Of a DNA stretch of 64,000 nucleotides, positions 46,282 to 55,491 are shown one piece after another. Origin of the DNA: Candidatus Poseidoniaceae archaeon (GTDB taxonomy: Archaea; Thermoplasmatota; Poseidoniia; Poseidoniales; Poseidoniaceae); the NCBI GenBank assembly GCA_949373095.1, contig CASIBY010000003.1:45631-109630 (forward strand). The letters run 5' to 3'. The notes beneath the pieces were generated by a model. It ran no database searches. It saw only the letters and a program-made list of their open reading frames with translations, and had not been told where the DNA came from. Every line of letters starts with the position of its first letter. Positions within the stretch are counted from its first letter, which is position 1. A program made the translations under genes and the position numbers.

Positions 46282-48075
46282 ATGTACATGAACGGGAAAG
46301 AAATAGCGTTAGGTATTTTTCTTCTACTTTTTCTAGCATCAATGACAAGCCTTCTTCTTGGCGAGGAAGAAGCTGAGGAAGAAGCTGTTGAAGAAGCAGA
46401 TACAATGTTGTCTTCAAGCGGCGACCCACTTTTCCAATATGAAGGGCATGACCACAGTAATGCAACTCAACATGTTGCTGGCACCGACAATATGGAACTT
46501 CTCGACTTCAACTCTCTTTCAACGCCCGGAAATGCTGAAGTTCAGGTCGCAACAACGCCCGATGGGAGAACTTACGCCTACTTAGCCGGATGGAATGACA
46601 TGCATATCGTTGATGTTACTGACCCGGAAAATACGGAAGTTGTTGGCGTTTTCAATGACCCAAACACTCAGGTTTTGGATGTTAAATATTTGGAATACAA
46701 TGGAAGAGAATACATCATTCAGCAAAACCAACTGGTCGACCCTGGAAATGCTGACCCAAATGTAGGGCAATGGAGCGAACCAAGTCAAGTTTCAGTTGTG
46801 GTCATTGACGTAACCGACAAGACAAATCCAACCTGGATTGACTCGTGGTACGACGTAGACCATCCAAGCGGACCTCACAACTTGTACACTCACATGATCA
46901 ACGGTGAATGGTATCTCTTCGTTGCAAACCCCGATTATAATCAGTGCAACGATGCAATCGGTGAAGCATGTGGCGGAGTGACGATTGCTCACTTGAATTT
47001 GGACGGCTCCGCTGCACGTAACTTGCAAGGCGTTCCGGCGGCAGGACTTGGCCACACCGTGGTTAAGGTTGGAGAATACGAAGTGGCCTGGGAAACAACC
47101 CGAGGCGGCTGGATTTACATTCACGATATGACCGTTCAAACATGGCCTGGGGAAGACCCGAATGACCCACGTTACGGTCACACCTTCATCTACGGAAGTT
47201 ACTGGGAGGCTGGACTCCGTATTGGTGATGTTACCGATGTACCTCACCCAGTGGACTCGCCCGAGGCCTACGCAATTCATGCCACTTTGTGTAAGGCGGG
47301 CCAAGGTAACCCGTTGATGTGCCGATGGCGAGCACCTGAAGTTGGCCTATGGATGGATTTCCTTGACATGGATGATGACGGACAACCAGACAGTGGAACA
47401 ACAGGTAACGAAAACGGCGGCAGAGTATCTTACATCCATTATGCCGAACCCTTCCCCGAAATGGTGGATTTGTCACACGTTGGTTATTCTGATGAACCTG
47501 TCCATCTTGTTACAGCAGCCGTTGAAGTCCTATCAACAAACGTCGGCACCGGCATCATTTATCTCATTGATACTACTGAGTACACGTTGGAGGATGGCCA
47601 ATTCAAATTCAAGCCTAAACTGATACGAGATTGGGAGATTCCATACGCTGAAGACCATTGTTATGGTGAAGATTGCGAAGCACATCCCAATGCAGACGAG
47701 TGGTTGTTGTTCTCACCGCACAACCTCGACAGCACGTACTTCGAAACGACGGATGAAACCGACCAGAGCCACGGCGGCGGGTGGGACGGCCGTCTGTATA
47801 TTTCTCATTACCATGCAGGACTATGGGTTATCGACATTGAAACACTGGTGGCTCCAGAAGCCGATGACCGTATTGGTATTCATGAAGAGGCAACTGTAGC
47901 ATACTATCTTCCCCACGGTGAGGACGGAACTCCACTTGACTCTCAATTCTATGATTTCGGTTGGGTTCCTTTCCTTTGGGCCGTAGAGCACCACGACGGA
48001 ATTACCTACGCCTCCTGTATCTCAACTGGGCTGTATCTCGTCCAATTGGATATTGATATTCCTTACCGCCTCTAA
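46282..48075 (+). CDS. Secreted LVIVD-repeat beta-propeller protein
   Basis: N-terminal TM/signal, then repeated LVIVD-type blocks: YAYLAGWNDMHIVDVTDPENTEVVGVF, WYLFVANPD, GGWIYIHDM, RLYISHYHAGLWVIDIE and ITYASCISTGLYLVQLD. Confidence 0.7.
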   Translation: MYMNGKEIALGIFLLLFLASMTSLLLGEEEAEEEAVEEADTMLSSSGDPLFQYEGHDHSNATQHVAGTDNMELLDFNSLSTPGNAEVQVATTPDGRTYAYLAGWNDMHIVDVTDPENTEVVGVFNDPNTQVLDVKYLEYNGREYIIQQNQLVDPGNADPNVGQWSEPSQVSVVVIDVTDKTNPTWIDSWYDVDHPSGPHNLYTHMINGEWYLFVANPDYNQCNDAIGEACGGVTIAHLNLDGSAARNLQGVPAAGLGHTVVKVGEYEVAWETTRGGWIYIHDMTVQTWPGEDPNDPRYGHTFIYGSYWEAGLRIGDVTDVPHPVDSPEAYAIHATLCKAGQGNPLMCRWRAPEVGLWMDFLDMDDDGQPDSGTTGNENGGRVSYIHYAEPFPEMVDLSHVGYSDEPVHLVTAAVEVLSTNVGTGIIYLIDTTEYTLEDGQFKFKPKLIRDWEIPYAEDHCYGEDCEAHPNADEWLLFSPHNLDSTYFETTDETDQSHGGGWDGRLYISHYHAGLWVIDIETLVAPEADDRIGIHEEATVAYYLPHGEDGTPLDSQFYDFGWVPFLWAVEHHDGITYASCISTGLYLVQLDIDIPYRL

Positions 48076-48084
48076 GGTGACGCT

Positions 48085-48733
48085 ATGAAGAATACGCTAT
48101 TGACACTCCTCCTCTGTTTCACCCTTCTTTTAGCGGGCTGTACCTCACCAGAGCAATTGTCTGACTGGGAGCCAAATGGAGTCACTATTGAAACAGAATT
48201 CGTTGATGACTTCACACTCACAACGAGTGAAAATACACCGTGGACATTTTCCGAAGAAGCAAAAAATACGACAGTAGTAGTCGCCTTCTTGTTTACCAAC
48301 TGCATTGACATCTGCCCTATTGTGACTCATAATATGAAATGGGTTCAGTCTCAACTCACCTCCGAGGAAAAGAACGCAACGACTTTTCTCACGGTTACTG
48401 TCGACCCCTGGAGGGATAACGTGAGCACGCTTCACGATTGGAAAACGGGAACGAACTCTAATTGGACCCACCTTACTGTTACCATCCTCAGAAGATGATT
48501 CCCCAGGAATGGCTGCCATGAATGCAGTCTGGTTGAATTTTGGCGTTGGCTTGCAAATTGAAGATAATCAAAGCAATACTTCAGCTCGCCACCATCCAGA
48601 TGATTATACCGTCAATCATTCAACTGGAACCGTGATAATCGATAGGTATGGAGACCAACGGGTTTGGTGGGGCGACAACGACTGGGTCTTGGACCTCTTC
48701 ATTGACGACCTTCGATACTTGATTGAAATGTGA
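48085..48733 (+). pseudogene. SCO1/SenC-family thioredoxin-fold copper chaperone lipoprotein, split by an apparent +1 frameshift near 48475-48495
   Basis: ORF 48085-48498 has the lipobox LLLAGC, the CxxxC motif FTNCIDICP, and TVDPWRD. ORF 48509-48733, in the next frame, supplies the rest (YTVNHSTGTVIIDRYGDQR, the conserved His). Together they make one normal-length SCO1. Confidence 0.65.
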
Positions 48734-48737
48734 TAGA

Positions 48738-50336
48738 TCACAATTCATTGGGCACCGGAGTCTGGTCCATGTGTAAGAATGCATAGACGGCCCACCATGT
48801 GACAATGTCCCACGAATGAACGAGATTTGCTTCACCAGTTGCGTTATCGGTAGTCATATATTCCTCCATGGTTGCGAGTTTATCACACGTCTTGTGGTAG
48901 CAAGGATAACCATCAACAACACCGTTCCATCCAAGTGTTGCAACACCAATTTGCTGGAACGAATCGTGGTCGCTCCTTGCAGTGGGGCTTTCGTAGATTG
49001 CGACGGTGTCTTTGTAGTTGTTTTCCCACAGTGGACTTTCTCCACCATTAGCCCACTCCTCACGTCCGTTTTCAATTTGGTCAGCGAGGTTGAATGCGTC
49101 CGCTCCAATCCATTCTGCAAGGTGGTACATGCCCTTCTGGTCAATGACATCACCCGTGCCGTCTGGTCCGAGATATACAGAGAGTGCAAAGTCGCCAGGG
49201 TAGTTGATACCAGCCATGTCGAGATTGAGATAGTTGCTCACGGTAACGCCCGCAGGGAGGTCGCCAGCAAATGCACTTGAGCCCCAAAGCCCTTCTTCTT
49301 CCGACGACCATAAGCAGAACACCATTGTTCGTCGGGCATCAAAATCAGCGAGAACCTTTGCGGTTGAAAGGACCATGGAAGAGCCTGCGGCATTATCATA
49401 GGCACCGGTTCGTGTTCCATATCCTTGCTGTTCAGTTCCAGGGATAACTGCAGTAGGCGGCGTGGCATATGGGGCGACATCAAAGTGAGCGCCAAAGACC
49501 AACCACTCATCAGGATAAACTGTACCTGCCTTGTAGGCACAGATGTTGACTGCCCAAAGGGTGCCGGATTGGAATCGATGGACTTGAACGTCTAAACCGT
49601 ATCCAACCATGACTCCTTCAAAGTAAGTGATTGCGTCTTCATAACCAGGATTTCCATTCCCAATCCACCGATCAAGGAAGCCCACGGCGCCGTCAGCTGG
49701 GTCCAAAGGGTCCGCAGTTTCATCGGTGATGAAATCCACCCATTCGTAGACGTCGCGACCGTTGAGCCATCCCCCGCTCGCCCCAACTCCATTTTCTTCG
49801 GTGAGGTCGGAGCGCTGAGGGCGTTCTGTTGTCAAGTGAAGGTGGGCAACTTCTCCACCCGTTGAATTTCCGGGAACGACCCATGGCCACAATCCACCTT
49901 CATCTTCGTTATCTGTAACTTGAATGGAAGATCCCTTTGAACCATCCTCAATCCAATCCATCCACGACTCATCGGCCGCACGGATGGGCCAGTTCGTTCG
50001 GCCGCTCTCACCAAGAAGGAACACGATGTCAGGATTACGGGGGGGTAGAAGAATGCTGATATCAATACTTGAACCCTCAGAGAGGTCCAATACCGTTCCG
50101 TTCTGAGCCCGCAGTGACCCAGGGTCTTGGACAAAGTATGGGAGGAATACAGCAAGGTCTTCTGACGCCTTGAGGGTAATGGTCTGCCACATGCCTCCTT
50201 GAAGTGAATCCGCATCAGCGACAGTGAGTGAAGAGGCGCTAACCCCTCCACTATCATCTTCTCCAAAACAACCCGCCAAAGGGGCCATCAACATTAGAGC
50301 GATGAGGCCAAAAGCATTCAATCTCAAACTCAGCAT
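48738..50336 (-). CDS. Secreted M28-family aminopeptidase lipoprotein (paralogue B)
   Basis: Lipobox MAPLAGCFGEDDSG, FGAHFDV, and MVFCLWSSEEEGLWGSSAF. I use the ATG at 50336; the track ORF starts at a TTG at 50348. Confidence 0.8.
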   Translation of the reverse strand: MLSLRLNAFGLIALMLMAPLAGCFGEDDSGGVSASSLTVADADSLQGGMWQTITLKASEDLAVFLPYFVQDPGSLRAQNGTVLDLSEGSSIDISILLPPRNPDIVFLLGESGRTNWPIRAADESWMDWIEDGSKGSSIQVTDNEDEGGLWPWVVPGNSTGGEVAHLHLTTERPQRSDLTEENGVGASGGWLNGRDVYEWVDFITDETADPLDPADGAVGFLDRWIGNGNPGYEDAITYFEGVMVGYGLDVQVHRFQSGTLWAVNICAYKAGTVYPDEWLVFGAHFDVAPYATPPTAVIPGTEQQGYGTRTGAYDNAAGSSMVLSTAKVLADFDARRTMVFCLWSSEEEGLWGSSAFAGDLPAGVTVSNYLNLDMAGINYPGDFALSVYLGPDGTGDVIDQKGMYHLAEWIGADAFNLADQIENGREEWANGGESPLWENNYKDTVAIYESPTARSDHDSFQQIGVATLGWNGVVDGYPCYHKTCDKLATMEEYMTTDNATGEANLVHSWDIVTWWAVYAFLHMDQTPVPNEL

Positions 50337-50396
50337 GTCATTGCCCAAACCGCCCTCCCTGTTGAATGTTACAGTTTTACTGAGCAGGTTAAAGCC

Positions 50397-50410
50397 GGAA
50401 AGCGCTTTCC
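50397..50410. promoter_or_regulatory. Perfect 14-bp palindrome in a divergent intergenic region, a candidate operator
   Basis: GGAAAGCGCTTTCC is its own reverse complement. It is nested inside an 8-bp inverted repeat, GTTGAATG (50361-50368) and CATTCAAC (50411-50418). Confidence 0.35.
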
Positions 50411-50475
50411 ATTCAACGGAAAATAAATACCATAAAAAGGCGAACAGTTAAGGAACCCCCGTTGTCCGAACAATC

Positions 50476-51285
50476 ATGGCAACCGTACGGTTGGACCAGA
50501 AGGCACGCGCTCTGGTTCGCAGCGTTCCCGACTCCTACACGGAGGCGCTTGCCCGCTATTTTGGAACGGGCCCAACCGACGTTGACCTTGCCCGGAAACA
50601 ACACGAGGACTACTGCGAAATTCTCCGCAAAGAAGGCGTTGAAGTCACTGTTCTTGATGCTGACCACAACCATCCCGATTGCATGTTTATTGAGGACCAA
50701 GCGGTTGTTGTTGACGGACATATCCTTCTCCCAACACCTGGCCACCCGAGTCGGGTTGCAGAGCAACCTCCGATTGCAAACTTTCTCATGGAATCTCTTG
50801 CCGGAATTCAAACGTGCACAATGGGCGGCGAAGCACGAATGGACGGAGGCGATATCATCCGACTTGGAAACCTGTTTTTCGTAGGCCGCTCATCCCGAAC
50901 CAACGACCCGGGAATTGCAGCACTGCGAAGTTTGCTCGATTTCTTTGACTATGAGTTGCGTATTATTGACATCCCAGGCCACGCACTCCACTTGACGAGC
51001 ATTAGTTCCACACCAACCGACCAACTCATCATGGTCCCAGAAGACCATCTCCCAAAAGATGCATTTGGCGAACTTCCAGACGGGTGTGAGGTTGTCTGGA
51101 TGCCTGCAGAAGAAGCGTATGGCTGCAATACCATTGGCCTGCCTGGAAACAAGGTGATGATTGCCGAGGGATACCCAACAGTTGAAGCCGAACTCATCAG
51201 CCGTGGAATTGAAGTCATAAAAATTGACATGAGTGAAATTCGTGCAGCAGATGGTTCGCTGACCTGTTGCTCAATTTTCTATTGA
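50476..51285 (+). CDS. Dimethylarginine dimethylaminohydrolase / amidinotransferase-superfamily enzyme
   Basis: Pentein-fold pattern: NHPDCMFIEDQAVV, RMDGGDI, HLTS, and the C-terminal catalytic Cys in DGSLTCCSIF. Confidence 0.75.
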   Translation: MATVRLDQKARALVRSVPDSYTEALARYFGTGPTDVDLARKQHEDYCEILRKEGVEVTVLDADHNHPDCMFIEDQAVVVDGHILLPTPGHPSRVAEQPPIANFLMESLAGIQTCTMGGEARMDGGDIIRLGNLFFVGRSSRTNDPGIAALRSLLDFFDYELRIIDIPGHALHLTSISSTPTDQLIMVPEDHLPKDAFGELPDGCEVVWMPAEEAYGCNTIGLPGNKVMIAEGYPTVEAELISRGIEVIKIDMSEIRAADGSLTCCSIFY

Positions 51286-51665
51286 AGTTCATTCGAACTC
51301 ACAACATCATGCCATGTACGAACCGCATCCAGCAGGTTAGAAACGCGCTTTCCACGCCAGACATCCCCTGCAAAAGCTCCAGATTGAGATGCATCTGCAA
51401 GAGTAAAACCTTCTGCGGAAGGAATCATTTCAATAGTCTTTGTATGGTCTTTGTAAATTCCAAGTTCAAGAACAACCCAAGCCTCTACAGTTCTGCCGTA
51501 GCGTTCAAACATTTCACTTGAAAGAAAACTTCCTAAATCCTCAACGGTGTAAAACGAACATAACATCTGCAGGGTCTGGTCCAAGTCTACTGATCCTTCA
51601 TCGGAAGGCCCAGTTCCTAGTTCACTTTTTTTTACAAGCGTAAGAAGCGGGAGTGAATCGTCCAT
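51279..51665 (-). CDS. Hypothetical cytoplasmic protein (128 aa)
   Basis: ORF with an ATG start. It follows the peroxiredoxin and thioredoxin-like genes on the same strand. I recognise no motif. Confidence 0.5.
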   Translation of the reverse strand: MDDSLPLLTLVKKSELGTGPSDEGSVDLDQTLQMLCSFYTVEDLGSFLSSEMFERYGRTVEAWVVLELGIYKDHTKTIEMIPSAEGFTLADASQSGAFAGDVWRGKRVSNLLDAVRTWHDVVSSNELQ

Positions 51666-51709
51666 TCAATCACACCGTTCTACCTGTCCATCGTGATGTA
51701 AAACGGCCG

Positions 51710-51973
51710 TCACAAAAAGCGCTTGAGGCGGTTCTCAAGGCGAGTAACACCGCCACCTGCCCATTGTTTTACGAGTTCACCATCAACAAAAAGAGCGTTG
51801 TACGGCAAAACATCAACTTCGCTAACCCAGGGGTGAGCGATTTTGAAACGACCCATTCCGGGAGTATCAAGAAGGATTTTTCCAATTCGAACTCCTTCGG
51901 GAACATCCCAGGAGCCCAATTCTTCTGTCCATTGTTCGCAGGCTTGACACCCAGTTTTACCTAGCATTAGCAT
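51710..51973 (-). CDS. Small thioredoxin-fold protein (redox-active disulfide protein-like, CxxC)
   Basis: MLMLGKTGCQACEQW...LPYNALFVDGELVKQWAGG resembles the MKIxVLGxGCxxC small thioredoxin family. A longer version starting at the TTG at 52048 would overlap the peroxiredoxin stop by 4 nt. Confidence 0.6.
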   Translation of the reverse strand: MLMLGKTGCQACEQWTEELGSWDVPEGVRIGKILLDTPGMGRFKIAHPWVSEVDVLPYNALFVDGELVKQWAGGGVTRLENRLKRFL

Positions 51974-52044
51974 GGCAAAAGGGAGCTTCAAGAAATTCCT
52001 GCCAGTCGGCACGACCAAGCGTTTCCAAGAGAACACCTCCAGAA

Positions 52045-52572
52045 TCAAACGACGTATTCGTCGCCTTTCTTCCAGTTAGCACCACACAAACCACCGGCTT
52101 GTGTTGCTTGACTGGTACGCAAGACTTCAGCAGGGCTTCGGCCCGCATCCATATTGTTGATGGAATACATCTGGACCTTGCCTTCTGGGTCAACTAGTAC
52201 GGTTCCACGGAAGCTGCAACCAGCCTCTTTGTTACGCATGTTGAATGCCTTGGTGACGTTTTGTGTGGTGTCGCCAATGACGTGGTGGTTGACGCCGCCA
52301 GGGAAGATTTCCTTGTCAGCGAACCATGCGTTGTGTGAATGCCATGAATCACAGGAACATCCGATGACGGTGATATCATCGTCAGCAAATTCTTCTTTAA
52401 GAGCTTCAAAGCCAACAATTTCAGTTGGGCAAATGAAGGTGAAATCAAAGGGATACCAATACATGAGGTACCACTTTCCTTTCATTCCCTCACTCGTGAT
52501 GTTCACTCGTTCGCCGCTAATGTATGCATCTGCACTCCATTCAGGAGCATCTTTTCCGATCATGTTACCCAT
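52045..52572 (-). CDS. 2-Cys peroxiredoxin (AhpC/TSA family)
   Basis: The peroxidatic Cys lies in FDFTFICPTE. The resolving-Cys region is GGLCGANW. Confidence 0.88.
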   Translation of the reverse strand: MGNMIGKDAPEWSADAYISGERVNITSEGMKGKWYLMYWYPFDFTFICPTEIVGFEALKEEFADDDITVIGCSCDSWHSHNAWFADKEIFPGGVNHHVIGDTTQNVTKAFNMRNKEAGCSFRGTVLVDPEGKVQMYSINNMDAGRSPAEVLRTSQATQAGGLCGANWKKGDEYVV

Positions 52573-52662
52573 AATATCGCCTCAATTGAACGCAAGCAAA
52601 CCATCATTATGAACCTGCGCTTTGAAAATGGTAGTTGGTGCCGGGCTGTAAATCAATGCAGA

Positions 52663-53340
52663 TTACCACGGCAACTCAATTCCATCGTACTGCACGAAAC
52701 GACCACTCAACTCCCCGTTCTGTTCGTTTAGGCGAGCGACGATACCTCCCACACTCTCTTGAGGAGTCAATGGGGCATGAGGCCCCCCCATATCGGTCTC
52801 AACCCAGCCAGGATGAAGAATAATGAGGGATGCGCCCAACGCTTCAAGCTCATTTTTCATTGAAATAGCAAACATGTTGAGCGCTGTTTTTGAAGCCCTA
52901 TATGCATACGACTTCCCACTTTTACAGTCGTCAATTGAGGCCATCAAACTAGACATCATGGCGACTACCCCACCCTTACTTTTAGCAAGCAAGGGTAGAG
53001 CATGTTGAGTAACTCGTACCGGAGAGAACGCATTGATTTCGAAGACTTCCGCAGTCTCTTGAAGATTAATCTCTGCAATCGATGACCAACGCCCATCAGG
53101 GACTCCAGCATTATTGACGAGAAGGTCGACACGTTCTCCTACCGAAGCCATCAAATCAGCCACATCATTATCTGAACGAACATCAACTCTATGTGTGGTT
53201 AAATGGGCATGTTGAACTCCCTTCAACCCCCCCATATTATTCCGATATGTTGCGTGTACGGCATAACCCGAATCCAACAGTTGGCGCGTCAGTTCAAACC
53301 CAATGCCTCGGTTGGCGCCAGTGACAATAGCAATCTTCAT
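52663..53340 (-). CDS. Short-chain dehydrogenase/reductase (SDR)
   Basis: TGANRGIG, NNAG, and YRASKTALN (the YxxxK motif). Confidence 0.85.
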   Translation of the reverse strand: MKIAIVTGANRGIGFELTRQLLDSGYAVHATYRNNMGGLKGVQHAHLTTHRVDVRSDNDVADLMASVGERVDLLVNNAGVPDGRWSSIAEINLQETAEVFEINAFSPVRVTQHALPLLAKSKGGVVAMMSSLMASIDDCKSGKSYAYRASKTALNMFAISMKNELEALGASLIILHPGWVETDMGGPHAPLTPQESVGGIVARLNEQNGELSGRFVQYDGIELPW

Positions 53341-53379
53341 GGCTCGGGCAATTCAAATCACCCAATAAGGATTGACCGA

Positions 53380-54030
53380 TTAAAAGTCGTATTCCTTTTC
53401 TTCTCCGTCCAATTCTTCATCGTCGGCCATGAAATATTTGAATTGGATGTAACAACTTACGATCATCAACGGCGCGGCTAGATAGACATCAAGCGAACCC
53501 CCATCTAGCCGGTAAACATCCCATCCAAGGCCGAGATACAGCGAAAAGAGAATTCCAAGAGACCCCATAACCGCAGCAAGAATGGCAGGGACAAGTCTGC
53601 GGAATGATAGGCTGAAAATAAGAGCCACTAGCGTCAAAATCCCCGACAAAAACGTGTCACCCTCGAAGTCGTACCCGTAACTATCCCCGACGGAGATAAG
53701 ACGTGTAACGGCAAGGTAAACCATCCCTGCGGCGAGAAAACGGGCGGCGATTTGTGCGATACTCATAGCCCCAACCGCAATAACAATGCCAGACAAGAGT
53801 TGAAATTGTGCATCACTAAGGGAGACCCCCAGTTCATTGAACTGGTCGATGAATAGGTACGACATCCCATAACCGACAAGAAATCCAGCAGTTCCTAATG
53901 TGAACGGTAGCCTCTTTCCCCCTTGAATAAATAAAAGCAGAGAAAAGGAAAGGATGAGGCCAGCATAAACTATGCCCCCCTCAATGATTTGGTCTAGAAG
54001 ACTCAACCCGATTTCTTCAGCATCAACCAC
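53380..54030 (-). CDS. Polytopic membrane protein, function unknown
   Basis: 216-aa ORF with a GTG start, about 6 TM helices and an acidic C-terminus (MADDEELDGEEKEYDF). Confidence 0.55.
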   Translation of the reverse strand: MVDAEEIGLSLLDQIIEGGIVYAGLILSFSLLLFIQGGKRLPFTLGTAGFLVGYGMSYLFIDQFNELGVSLSDAQFQLLSGIVIAVGAMSIAQIAARFLAAGMVYLAVTRLISVGDSYGYDFEGDTFLSGILTLVALIFSLSFRRLVPAILAAVMGSLGILFSLYLGLGWDVYRLDGGSLDVYLAAPLMIVSCYIQFKYFMADDEELDGEEKEYDF

Positions 54031-54130
54031 GACCTACGTACGGGCCTGCCGTATTTATTCTTTCAAAGAAGTTGATTCTACCCACCTTTTCTTCCAAAAA
54101 AGGGAAAAAGGAGGCGACTGACTATATTTT

Positions 54131-55480
54131 ATGGCCGACGAAGCACAGGTGCGAGAAATTCTTGCACCAGCCCTTGAACCAACATTCTTTGATTTCAATC
54201 TCCCTTTCGGATTCTCCCGTTGGTTTCTCTTTGTTGTAGGCCTTTTATTATCCGCCTTGGGGATTCTCTTTGGAATCTCTCCCTATAACCCACTCACCCT
54301 TGCAATAGTTATCTATTTCTTCGGGTATATGCTCGCAGCCGCCTTCCCTTCAGCAATTGTGATCGTGGTGCGCAATTTGCGAAACCTGTCTTCGGGAGGT
54401 TCCGATGTCCATTATGCAACGGGACCCAATCAAGAAAAAACCCAACCGAGCAAGGGTACTGAGACAGAAGGATGGATTTTGAACCCTCCCCAAATTGCAG
54501 AATGGAACCTTGCCTCGCCTCACAGCCCAGATGCAGGTGGTATGCTTGCAGAACATCCTCGCAAACTTGGAACTCCCGTGCCTGCAACCTTCACGATGTA
54601 CTCTATGCTCCGGCTTTTCCAAAGTTTTGCAGCTGGAATTTTTGTCTATCTTGCTGTAGAAAAATACAACGAAGTTGACCCAGCGCGTGCGGGTGTCGCT
54701 ATCGCTCTACTGATTTTGGTGGTCCAATTTTTCCGCCGAAGGAAAACGATGCGCATTAGTGACCTCGCAACATCATCAATGCAAGGTCTTCCAATGGGGG
54801 GCGTCGAAGTCTTCGGGCAACTGCGTCCACGTCTGGCGAACGGCTGGGTTCCGCCTATCGCTGTTGACGGTGACCGAAAGAAAATCGTTTACGGCCAATT
54901 GAATTGGTATTGGGAGTACGGCCACAAGTTCACATGGGACGAATATGTTGAAACAAAAGATGACGAAGGAAAAGTATCCGGAGAATGGAAGAATCGCAGC
55001 GATTACCGTAGAATTCGTAACGATGACGGAGGAGCTCTCGCTCTCGTTCACGATGGAACGGGAGGAGTAGCTGTTGAGTCCGATTTACTTGGAGTCGGTA
55101 CACGCCCCTCTACAGGATCATGGAGTGACGAAGACAGGAGCCTCTGGAATACTCGGAGCCGTCCCAGCGGAAAAGTTCGTAACTTGAGGGCTTCACACGA
55201 GTGGAAATCAAGTGGTTGGAGCATAGGAGATCCGTTCTTTTCTCATTGTTATGCCCGTCCAAAAACGAACGCAGAAATTGAACATCAACCCGTTGACAAA
55301 ACAATCGGACCATCCCTTGTCATGCTTACCAAAGAAGGGGAAGAGCCAGGTCACAAAGTAATGGTACACCGAGGTTCTGAAATTTTGGCGTTATCAAATT
55401 CAGAAAGTGCCCCTTCGGCTTATTTGCCGTCTCTTCTCCTTGCAATACTCAGCGGTATTGCATGGCTCTCAACGCTGTGA
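54131..55480 (+). CDS. Membrane protein, possibly GIDE-domain-like, function unknown
   Basis: Several N-terminal TM helices and one C-terminal TM. After the TM region, RISDLATSSMQGLPMGGVEVFGQLRP resembles the start of the GIDE (PF12483) domain as I remember it. The assignment is tentative. Confidence 0.55.
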   Translation: MADEAQVREILAPALEPTFFDFNLPFGFSRWFLFVVGLLLSALGILFGISPYNPLTLAIVIYFFGYMLAAAFPSAIVIVVRNLRNLSSGGSDVHYATGPNQEKTQPSKGTETEGWILNPPQIAEWNLASPHSPDAGGMLAEHPRKLGTPVPATFTMYSMLRLFQSFAAGIFVYLAVEKYNEVDPARAGVAIALLILVVQFFRRRKTMRISDLATSSMQGLPMGGVEVFGQLRPRLANGWVPPIAVDGDRKKIVYGQLNWYWEYGHKFTWDEYVETKDDEGKVSGEWKNRSDYRRIRNDDGGALALVHDGTGGVAVESDLLGVGTRPSTGSWSDEDRSLWNTRSRPSGKVRNLRASHEWKSSGWSIGDPFFSHCYARPKTNAEIEHQPVDKTIGPSLVMLTKEGEEPGHKVMVHRGSEILALSNSESAPSAYLPSLLLAILSGIAWLSTL

Positions 55481-55491
55481 GAAAGAAGCGA

